From: Gammaproteobacteria bacterium
GTDB taxonomy: Bacteria > Pseudomonadota > Gammaproteobacteria > Steroidobacterales > JACDCP01
Length of the DNA stretch: 64,000 nt
NCBI GenBank assembly: GCA_035524935.1
Contig: DATLFD010000050.1
Span: 19,980 to 83,979, forward strand
Direction: 5' to 3'
The notes below the pieces were generated by a model. It was given only the letters and a program-made list of their open reading frames with translations, was not told the origin of the DNA and did no database searches. The translations under genes were made by a program, and so were the position numbers. Shown here piece by piece: positions 30,147 to 37,596 of this stretch (the first letter of the stretch is position 1; each line of letters starts with the position of its first letter).

Positions 30147-30971
30147 ATGTCGCTCCAAGAAAAGATCGAACACTTCGCGATCACCGACACCGGCAAGGTG
30201 CGCGAGCACAACGAGGACGCGATCGCCGCCGAGATGGAGCTCGGCCTGCTGGTGCTCGCCGACGGGATGGGCGGATACAACGCCGGCGAGATCGCCAGCG
30301 GCATCGCGGTCAAGACCGTCACCGGCATGATCCGCGACAGCGTAGAGCGCGAGACGCGCGGCCTCATCGACGCAGAGACCGGTCTCACCCGCCAGAGCAT
30401 CGTGCTGCGCGACGCCATCGCGCGCGCCAACAAGATCATCCACCAGACCGCCGCCAGCCAGCCGCAATGCGAGGGCATGGGCACGACCATCGTCGCCTGC
30501 CTGTTCTTCGACAATCGCGTGTCGATCGCGCACGTCGGCGACTCGCGGCTGTATCGTCTGCGCAACGATCAACTCGAACGGCTGACCATGGATCACTCGC
30601 TGCTCCAGGAACTCGTCGACCGCGGTTTCTATTCGCCCGAGGAGGCGGAGCGCTCGACGAACCGCAACTACGTGACCCGGGCGCTGGGAGTCGAGCCCAC
30701 TGTGTCCGTCGAGGTGCGCGAGGACGCAGTGCACAAGGGCGATATCTACGTGCTCTGCTCCGACGGGCTTTCCGACATGGTCGAGGACGAGGACATTCAC
30801 TTAACCATCAGCACGTTTAGTGCTAATCTTGCGACCGCAGGTGAACAGCTGATCCGGTTGAGCAACGACAACGGCGGCCGGGACAACGTGTCGATCGTCA
30901 TGGCGCATGTGGTCGACGCGTTTCCCGCGCACCGCAACCTCCTGGAACGACTTCGGGACTGGATCGACTGA
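30147..30971 (+). CDS. PP2C-family Ser/Thr protein phosphatase
   Basis: REHNED, ADGMGG, GMGTT, HVGDSR, CSDGL, GGRDNVS. Confidence 0.93.
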   Translation: MSLQEKIEHFAITDTGKVREHNEDAIAAEMELGLLVLADGMGGYNAGEIASGIAVKTVTGMIRDSVERETRGLIDAETGLTRQSIVLRDAIARANKIIHQTAASQPQCEGMGTTIVACLFFDNRVSIAHVGDSRLYRLRNDQLERLTMDHSLLQELVDRGFYSPEEAERSTNRNYVTRALGVEPTVSVEVREDAVHKGDIYVLCSDGLSDMVEDEDIHLTISTFSANLATAGEQLIRLSNDNGGRDNVSIVMAHVVDAFPAHRNLLERLRDWID

Positions 30972-31009
30972 ATGCGGCGCGGCAGGCAAGGAGCCCTCGG
31001 GGAACCCAC

Positions 31010-31750
31010 ATGGCACGCTTGATTCTCAGCCTCGACGGCCAGGTCCTCGCCGAGTACAACATGAACAAGGAGCGTTACACGGTGGGGCGCCTGCCGGATA
31101 ACGACATCCGTATCGACAACGCCGCGGTCAGCGGCCATCACTCGCTGGTCATCAACATCCTCAACGACTCGTTCCTCGAGGATCTGAACAGCACCAACGG
31201 CACCTACGTTAACGGCAAGCTCATCAAGAAGCACGCGCTGCAGCACGGCGACGTCATCACGGTCGGCCATCACCAGCTGCGCTTCGTCGATCAGCAGGCC
31301 GGCGAAGCAGAGGCCGACGAGTTCGAGAAGACCATGGTCCTGCAGCCGAGCGCCCAGGCCAGCGATAAAATGGCCTCGGCGCACCGCGCCATCGAGGCGG
31401 CCGTGCACCACGATTCCGGGCGGCAGCCGGTGACTGCGACCAGGCCCTCGGTGAACGCCGCGGCGCACGGCGAGACCATGCGGGCAGCCAGGCTGCAGGT
31501 CCTGAGCGGCTCGTTCGCCGGCCGCGAGCTCGAGCTCAAGAAGGCGCTGACGACGCTGGGCCGGCCCGGCGTGCAGGTCGCGGCAATCACGCGCCGCGCC
31601 GGGGGCTACTACGTCGTGCACGTCGACAGCGGCACCCCCGGCGATTACCCGCTCGTCAACGGCGAACCCATCGGGCAATTCGCGCGCAAGCTCAACGACA
31701 ACGACGTCATCCAGCTCGCGGGCGTGAAGATGGGGTTCTTCAATAACTGA
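31010..31750 (+). CDS. FHA-domain protein (N-terminal FHA plus C-terminal degenerate FHA-like domain)
   Basis: GR..DNDI....VSGHH, DLNSTNGTYVNG; second TLGRPG...VNGE...LNDNDVI. Confidence 0.88.
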   Translation: MARLILSLDGQVLAEYNMNKERYTVGRLPDNDIRIDNAAVSGHHSLVINILNDSFLEDLNSTNGTYVNGKLIKKHALQHGDVITVGHHQLRFVDQQAGEAEADEFEKTMVLQPSAQASDKMASAHRAIEAAVHHDSGRQPVTATRPSVNAAAHGETMRAARLQVLSGSFAGRELELKKALTTLGRPGVQVAAITRRAGGYYVVHVDSGTPGDYPLVNGEPIGQFARKLNDNDVIQLAGVKMGFFNN

Positions 31751-31759
31751 TCGCTCCGG

Positions 31760-31832
31760 CACAGGCTTTGGCCTGCCTCGTTCAGTCGCTCCACGATATT
31801 CGCTTGGTGAACGAGGCAGGCCAAAGCCTGTG
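31760..31832. repeat. 25-bp perfect inverted repeat (REP-doublet-like, distinct family)
   Basis: CACAGGCTTTGGCCTGCCTCGTTCA 31760-31784 / reverse complement 31808-31832. Confidence 0.88.
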
Positions 31833-31868
31833 TCTCCGTACGGTGGCGCGACCCTTCGCGATCGTCCC

Positions 31869-31925
31869 GTAGGGCCGGTTTCAACCGGCCATCTTTTACG
31901 TCCGGCCGAACGAATTCGCCCCTAC
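31869..31925. repeat. GTAG-type REP doublet overlapping the alr stop codon
   Basis: GTAGGGCCGGTTTCAACCGGCC ... GGCCGAACGAATTCGCCCCTAC. Confidence 0.85.
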
Positions 31926-32995
31926 GTGATTTCGAGGTCGACGCGCTGGGAGACGTTGCAGAGTAGCTCGTAGGCGATGGTGCCGGCGCGGGCGGCGATC
32001 TCCTCGACCGGCAGCCCCGGCCCCCAGAGCACGACCGGGTCGCCGACCCGGGCCTCCGGGCAGTCGGTCAAGTCCAGGGTGATCATGTCCATGGAGACGC
32101 TGCCGATCATCGGCACGCGCTTCCCGCGGATGAGCACCGGCGTGCCGTTGTCGAGCGAGCGGGGGTAACCGTCGCCGTAGCCGACGGCCGCGATGCCTAC
32201 GCGCGTGTCGAGCGCCGCGGTCCAGCGGCCGCCGTAGCCGACCCGGGCGCCCGCCCGCACCGTCTTCAATGCGATGAGGTCGGTGGTGAACGCCATGACC
32301 GGCTCGAGGCCGAGCTCCGCCGCCGTCGACTGCACGAGGGGCGATGCGCCGTAGAGCATGAGCCCCGGCCGCACCCAGTCCGCGTGGCTGTCCGGCCAGG
32401 CGAGCAGGCCCGCGGAATTCGCGATGCTGCGCTCGCCGGCATGGCCCTGCGTCAGGTGCTCGAAAAGGCGGATCTGCTCGCGGCTGGTAGGGTCCGCGGG
32501 GTCGTCCGCGTTGGCGAGATGGGTCATGAGCCGGATCGGCGCTGCGACCGCGGCGCTCGCTGCGAGCGCTTGCGCGGCTGCGGCGAAGTCCTCCGGCGCA
32601 AGCCCGAGGCGGTGCATGCCGGAATCGAGCTTGAGCCAGACTCCGAGCGGTCGGCCCCGGTGCGTGCTCAGGAGCTCGATCTGCTCGGCGCAATGCACGA
32701 CGATCTCGAAATCCTGCTGCGCGGCGAGCGCGAGCTGCTCGGCCGAGAAGACACCCTCGAGCAGGACCACCGGCTTGTCGAAGCCCGCGGCGCGCACGCG
32801 CCGGCCTTCCTCGACGCGCGCCACGGCCAGCGCATCGACCCTCGCGAGCGCGCGCGCCACGGGCTCGATGCCGTGGCCGTAGGCGTTGGCTTTGACCACC
32901 GCCATGACGCGGGCCGCCGGCGCGGCGGCGCGCACGCGTTCGAGGTTGTGTTGCAGCGCGCGCGTGTCGATGACGGCGCGGGCCGCACCTTTCAC
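31922..32995 (-). CDS. alr: Alanine racemase
   Basis: AVVKANAYGHG, DSGMHRLG, GYGDGYPR, VSMDM. Confidence 0.96.
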   Translation of the reverse strand: MKGAARAVIDTRALQHNLERVRAAAPAARVMAVVKANAYGHGIEPVARALARVDALAVARVEEGRRVRAAGFDKPVVLLEGVFSAEQLALAAQQDFEIVVHCAEQIELLSTHRGRPLGVWLKLDSGMHRLGLAPEDFAAAAQALAASAAVAAPIRLMTHLANADDPADPTSREQIRLFEHLTQGHAGERSIANSAGLLAWPDSHADWVRPGLMLYGASPLVQSTAAELGLEPVMAFTTDLIALKTVRAGARVGYGGRWTAALDTRVGIAAVGYGDGYPRSLDNGTPVLIRGKRVPMIGSVSMDMITLDLTDCPEARVGDPVVLWGPGLPVEEIAARAGTIAYELLCNVSQRVDLEIT

Positions 32996-34386
32996 TGGAA
33001 GTTCCCGTCTCCGTAATCGTCGGGCACGTAATTCTCGAAGCTCGTGAACTCGCCCTTGAACGTCAGCAGGAAATCGCCGATCGGACCGTTGCGCTGCTTG
33101 GCGATGATGATGTCGGCGATGCCCTTGCGCAGGGTGTCCTTGTCGTAGACTTCCTCGCGATAGATGAAGACGATGACATCGGCGTCCTGCTCTATGGCTC
33201 CGGAATCGCGCAGATCCGACATCCGCGGCCGCTTCGAATCGCTGCGCTGCTCCACGCTGCGATTGAGCTGCGACAGCGCCACGATGGGCAGGTCCAGCTC
33301 CTTGGCGAGCGCCTTCAGCGATCGCGAGATCTCCGACAGCTCGGTCGCCCGGTTTTCCTTGGTGCCGGACACCTGCATGAGCTGCAGATAGTCGACCACG
33401 ATCAGGCCCAGCCCGTGCTCGCGTTTCAGGCGCCGTGCCCGCGCGCGCACCTCGGTGGGGGTGAGCGCCGGCGTATCGTCTATGAAGATCGGCGCGCTCG
33501 TCAGCTGCTGAATCGACGAGTGCACGCGGTCCCAGTCCTCGTCGGAAATCCGCCCGGTGCGCATCTTCGACTGATCGATGCGGCCGATCGAGCCGATCAT
33601 CCGGAAGGAGAGTTGCTCTGCCGACATTTCCATGCTGAAGATGGCGGTCGGCACTTTATGTTTGCTCAACGCCGCGCTCTGCGCGAAATCGAGCGCGAGC
33701 GCGGTCTTGCCCATCGAAGGCCGGCCGGCGACGATGACGAGGTCGCCGCGCTGCAGACCGGCGGTGAGCTTATCCATCGCCGTGAAGCCGGTGGAAATGC
33801 CGGTGATGTCGCCTTCGCTGTTGTACAAAGTGTCCAGCCGGTCCAGCGACTTCGTCAGGATGGTCTTCAGCGCCTGGAATCCGCCGCCGCGACGCTTGCC
33901 GGTGTCCGCGATCTCGAACACGCGCCGTTCCGCTTCGTCGATCAGGGTCGTCACGTCGCGGCCGTCGGCCGCGTAAACGCTGTGGGCAATCTCGCCGCCG
34001 ACCTGGATGAGCTGCCGCAGCGCCGAGCGTTCGCGCACGATCTCGGCATAGGCGCGGATATTGGCGGCGCTCGGGGTCTCCCGCGCCAGCGTACCGAGGT
34101 ACGACAGCCCGCCGGCATCGGCGAGCTGCCCGCGGCTGTCGAGGGTCTCCGAGATGGTGACGGCGTCGCCGGGCTGATTGCGCTCGACGAGCTCGCTGAT
34201 GGCGCGAAAGATCAGTCGATGATCGCGCCGGTAGAAATCGTCTTCGCTGACCACGTCGGCGACGCGGTCCCACGCGGAGTTGTCGAGCATGAGGCCGCCG
34301 AGCAGCGACTGCTCGGCCTCGACCGAGTGCGGCGGAACGCGGAGGCGATCCGCTTCGGACGGCTGGGACTGGACGGCGCGGACCAT
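32992..34386 (-). CDS. dnaB: Replicative DNA helicase
   Basis: PPHSVEAEQS, GRPSMGKT, VDYLQLM, SGAIEQDAD, KQRNGP; no intein. Confidence 0.97.
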   Translation of the reverse strand: MVRAVQSQPSEADRLRVPPHSVEAEQSLLGGLMLDNSAWDRVADVVSEDDFYRRDHRLIFRAISELVERNQPGDAVTISETLDSRGQLADAGGLSYLGTLARETPSAANIRAYAEIVRERSALRQLIQVGGEIAHSVYAADGRDVTTLIDEAERRVFEIADTGKRRGGGFQALKTILTKSLDRLDTLYNSEGDITGISTGFTAMDKLTAGLQRGDLVIVAGRPSMGKTALALDFAQSAALSKHKVPTAIFSMEMSAEQLSFRMIGSIGRIDQSKMRTGRISDEDWDRVHSSIQQLTSAPIFIDDTPALTPTEVRARARRLKREHGLGLIVVDYLQLMQVSGTKENRATELSEISRSLKALAKELDLPIVALSQLNRSVEQRSDSKRPRMSDLRDSGAIEQDADVIVFIYREEVYDKDTLRKGIADIIIAKQRNGPIGDFLLTFKGEFTSFENYVPDDYGDGNFQ

Positions 34387-34482
34387 CAGGACGTTTTGCG
34401 TGCGGTACCGGGGGCCACGGGACGGCTTACCTTAGCACACGTCCGCAGCGTCGGAGCTCCGGCGAAACAGCCCGACAAGCGG

Positions 34483-34935
34483 TCATTCTTCGGCGACGAC
34501 GACGACCCTGAGCGGCACATTGACGTCGGCGTGCAGGTGCAGCTCGACCTCGTGCTCGCCGGCCGTGCGGATCGGCCCGTCGGGCAGCCGCACCTCGCTG
34601 CGCTCGACCGGCATGCCGGCCGCCGTGCAGGCCTCGGCGATATCGACGGTGCCGATGGAGCCGAACAGCTTGTCCTCGGCCGAGCTGCGCGCGGTAAGCC
34701 GCACCTCGAAGCCGCCGAGCCGGGCGGCGCGCGAACGCGCTTCCTCGAGATCGCCCGCCGCGCGCTGCTCGAGCTCGGCGCGACGCGCCTCGAGCTTCGC
34801 CACGTTCTCCGGCGTCGCCAGCGCCGCCTTGCCCTGCGGCAGCAGGTAGTTGCGGCCGAAACCCGCCTTGACCCTGACCTGCTCGCCGATGTCGCCGAGG
34901 TTGTCGATCTTCTCCAGAAGGATCACGTTCATCAT
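34483..34935 (-). CDS. rplI: 50S ribosomal protein L9
   Basis: VKAGFGRNYLLP, KLFGSIG. Confidence 0.96.
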   Translation of the reverse strand: MMNVILLEKIDNLGDIGEQVRVKAGFGRNYLLPQGKAALATPENVAKLEARRAELEQRAAGDLEEARSRAARLGGFEVRLTARSSAEDKLFGSIGTVDIAEACTAAGMPVERSEVRLPDGPIRTAGEHEVELHLHADVNVPLRVVVVAEE

Positions 34936-34996
34936 CTTTACCTTTGTTGGCGCCGGGCGCGCGAGTCGCCTGGCAATGGATACCGCATCCGCGTGC

Positions 34997-35884
34997 CTAA
35001 ATCACGCGCTTCGTCATTCTGCTGCGCACGTCGATCCAGTTGTCGACGTAACCCAGGCCGATGAGCGCCAGGGTAATCACCGGCGCGGTCGGCAGGCAGA
35101 GCAGCACGTACATGAGCACCAGCCAGCCGGCGTGCCATTGCCGGTGCGCCCTGACGGCGTGCACGATGGCGATGCCCTGCAGCAGGCAGCCGGTCAGCAG
35201 CACCGGCACGATGTTCTGCAGCAGCGATCCGCCGCCGAGCATGGCCACGACGACCGCGACCGTCGCCGCCCCGGCGAGCACGAAGCCGAGCCTGAGCTGC
35301 CTGAATTCTGCGCCGACGTCCAGGCCGTCGGTCCGTGCAGCCTGCAGCCAGCGGCCCACGAGCAGGCTGGTGAGCATGAGCAGCACCAGCGAGCTCGCGA
35401 ATATCCCGGGCATGAACGGCACGGCGGCGGCGACGGACTGCCGCCACTGCCGGCCCGCGCCGGTCTGCTCGAGCAGCGCCGCCCATTGATCGACGACCCG
35501 CTGCCAGTAGCCCAGCGGATCGTCCATCAGCACGAACATGCCGCCGACCAGCACGACGCCGGCAATCACCGCCACCTGCAGGCAGAGCGCCAGCGAGCCC
35601 GTGGCGCGCAACAACGCCGCGAGGCCGAGCGCCGGCGCGAACAGCAGGGCCAGCGAGCCCAGCGCGAGGGGCCAGGCCCCGCCCTGCGCGAGAATGAGCA
35701 GCGTGGGCAGGGCCGCGGCACCGGCCGCAACAATCAGGCCATCGCGCGCACCGCGGTCGAGCGTCACGAAAGCGACCACGGCTGCGCTGAACGCGGACGT
35801 GAGCGGCACCACGACCAGCACGGCGGCGAGCAGCGCCGCGCGGTGCAGCCGGCCCGCCAGCCACTCGGCGAGCTGCCTGACCAT
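34997..35884 (-). CDS. DUF2232/YybS-like multi-pass membrane protein
   Basis: Many hydrophobic segments, LQGIAIVH, LGYVDNWIDVR; typical rpsR-rplI position. Confidence 0.8.
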   Translation of the reverse strand: MVRQLAEWLAGRLHRAALLAAVLVVVPLTSAFSAAVVAFVTLDRGARDGLIVAAGAAALPTLLILAQGGAWPLALGSLALLFAPALGLAALLRATGSLALCLQVAVIAGVVLVGGMFVLMDDPLGYWQRVVDQWAALLEQTGAGRQWRQSVAAAVPFMPGIFASSLVLLMLTSLLVGRWLQAARTDGLDVGAEFRQLRLGFVLAGAATVAVVVAMLGGGSLLQNIVPVLLTGCLLQGIAIVHAVRAHRQWHAGWLVLMYVLLCLPTAPVITLALIGLGYVDNWIDVRSRMTKRVI

Positions 35885-35904
35885 CGTCGCGGGCTGCGCG
35901 CCCG

Positions 35905-36129
35905 TCAGTGACGGTCGGTATAGGGCAGCAGGGCGAGGAAGCGCGCGCGCTTGACGGCCGTGGCGAGCTGCCGCTGGTAATGCGACTTGGTGCCCGTGAT
36001 CCGGCTCGGGACAATCTTGCCCGTTTCCGTGATGTAGTTCTTGAGCATCGCGAGATCCTTGTAATCGATCTCGGTGATGCCTTCCGCCGTGAAACGGCAG
36101 TACTTGCGCCTGCGAAAGAATCTTGCCAT
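35905..36129 (-). CDS. rpsR: 30S ribosomal protein S18
   Basis: [34 protein letters not shown]. Confidence 0.97.
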   Translation of the reverse strand: MARFFRRRKYCRFTAEGITEIDYKDLAMLKNYITETGKIVPSRITGTKSHYQRQLATAVKRARFLALLPYTDRH

Positions 36130-36155
36130 GTGCGAATGCTCCGGGTTTGTGCGCG

Positions 36156-36635
36156 TCAGGATGTCGCGGCCGCCGCACGCGCGTCCTCGTCCTCGTCGTC
36201 GCTGTCCTCGTCGCTGCCCTCGGCGTCGTCATGGCCGGGCCGCGCATCGTCGTCCGCGAAGCGCTCCGGACGCCGTCCGCCGCGATCCCGCCGCTGTGCG
36301 TCCTTGTCCCCCGACTCCTCGGGCCTGGCCATCGGCGAAGCCGCGGTGACCGCCTCCTTGCGGTTGATCACCAGGTGTCGGAGAACCGCGTCGTTGAAGC
36401 GGAATGCGCCGGTCAGCTCGTCGAGAGTTTCCTGCCCGCACTCGATGTTGAGCAGCAGGTAATGCGCCTTGTGCGCCTTGGCGATGGGATGTGCGAGCTG
36501 GCGGCGGCCCCAGTCCTCGAGCCGGTGGATGCGCCCCTGGCCGCCTTCGATCATCGCGCGGTAGCGGTCGAGCATGGCGGGCACTTGCTCGCTCTGATCC
36601 GGATGGACCAGGAACACGATCTCGTAGTGTCTCAT
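36156..36635 (-). CDS. rpsF: 30S ribosomal protein S6
   Basis: [36 protein letters not shown]; acidic tail. Confidence 0.97.
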   Translation of the reverse strand: MRHYEIVFLVHPDQSEQVPAMLDRYRAMIEGGQGRIHRLEDWGRRQLAHPIAKAHKAHYLLLNIECGQETLDELTGAFRFNDAVLRHLVINRKEAVTAASPMARPEESGDKDAQRRDRGGRRPERFADDDARPGHDDAEGSDEDSDDEDEDARAAAATS

Positions 36636-36703
36636 TATGGCTCCCTGTGGATTGAAGCCTCCCGCTCGTCACGGCCGGGCCGCGAGGCGGTGAGGCAAGG
36701 AGT
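36636..36703 (-). promoter_or_regulatory. Probable S6:S18 autoregulatory mRNA leader
   Basis: Minus strand CTCCTTGCCTC...GAGGC...CC..AGGGAG: stem sequestering the RBS with a CC internal loop, as in known rpsF leaders. Confidence 0.6.
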
Positions 36704-36770
36704 CGCGACAGCGCCGTCGGGGGCGCCGCGCAGGGGCCGGAATGCTACCGGACGCTGCCGGCACAGGCAA

Positions 36771-36858
36771 GGTAAATGGGGACATTCCTGATTTCGCAGC
36801 CGCGTTGCGTCCGGTAACGACGGGGGGCTTCACGAAATCAGGAATGTCCCCATTTACC
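36771..36858. repeat. GGGGACATTCCTGATTT-family element (26-bp perfect inverted repeat) overlapping the rlmB 3' end
   Basis: GGTAAATGGGGACATTCCTGATTTCG 36771-36796 / reverse complement 36833-36858. Confidence 0.92.
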
Positions 36859-37593
36859 GCGCTGCCTTTGCGCCTCGAAGATCAATATGCCGGCGGCGAC
36901 CGAGACGTTGAGGCTCTCGATGCTGCCGCACATCGGCAAAGCGACGAGGCGGTCGCAGTGCTCGCGCGTGAGGCGCCGCAATCCTTTCTCCTCGGCGCCG
37001 AGCACCAGGCACAGGGGCCCGCGAAAATCCGCCGCGAAGGCGCTCTGCCCGGCATCGGCGGATGCGCCGACGATCTCGAGCCCGGCATCCTTGAGCGCGC
37101 GCAACACGCGGGCGAGATTGGTCACCTGGAAAAAAGGCACGCTTTCCGCGGCGCCGGAGGCGGCTTTGCGCGCGGCCGCGGTCAACCCCGCCGCGCGGTC
37201 CTTCGGCGCGATGACCGCGTGCGCGGCGCCGGCATCGGCCGTGCGCAGGCAGGCACCGAGATTGCGCGGGTCCGTGACGCCGTCGAGCGCGAGCAGCAGC
37301 GCGGGCTCATCGAGCGCGGCGACCAGACGGGTGAGATCGGCATCGCCGCGCGCCGCGCGCAGCCGCACGCGCGCGATCACGCCCTGGTGGCGGGCGCCGC
37401 CGGCGAGCCGGTCGAGCTTGCCGCGTGCGGCACGCTCGGCGTGGATACCGAGCGCCGCCGCCGTCTCCACCAGGTTCTGCATGCGCGGGCTCTCGGCGCC
37501 CTGCGCGATCATGAGCGCGAGCACGCTCTCGGGCGACCGCTCGAGCACCTCGTTGACGGCGTGCTGGCCGAAGATCAGCTCCGTCGCGGCCAT
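36838..37593 (-). CDS. rlmB: 23S rRNA (G2251-2'-O)-methyltransferase
   Basis: HQGVIA, DGVTDPRNLGACLRTA, GAEEKGLR, ESLNVSVA. Confidence 0.95.
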   Translation of the reverse strand: MAATELIFGQHAVNEVLERSPESVLALMIAQGAESPRMQNLVETAAALGIHAERAARGKLDRLAGGARHQGVIARVRLRAARGDADLTRLVAALDEPALLLALDGVTDPRNLGACLRTADAGAAHAVIAPKDRAAGLTAAARKAASGAAESVPFFQVTNLARVLRALKDAGLEIVGASADAGQSAFAADFRGPLCLVLGAEEKGLRRLTREHCDRLVALPMCGSIESLNVSVAAGILIFEAQRQRGKWGHS

Positions 37594-37596
37594 CGC

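Noticed and set aside
32992..34386. Possible intein in DnaB (or in DnaE2)
   Set aside because: Lengths are normal and conserved motifs are contiguous
36156..36330. Long charged/acidic tail of S6 and absence of priB
   Set aside because: Common variation among proteobacteria
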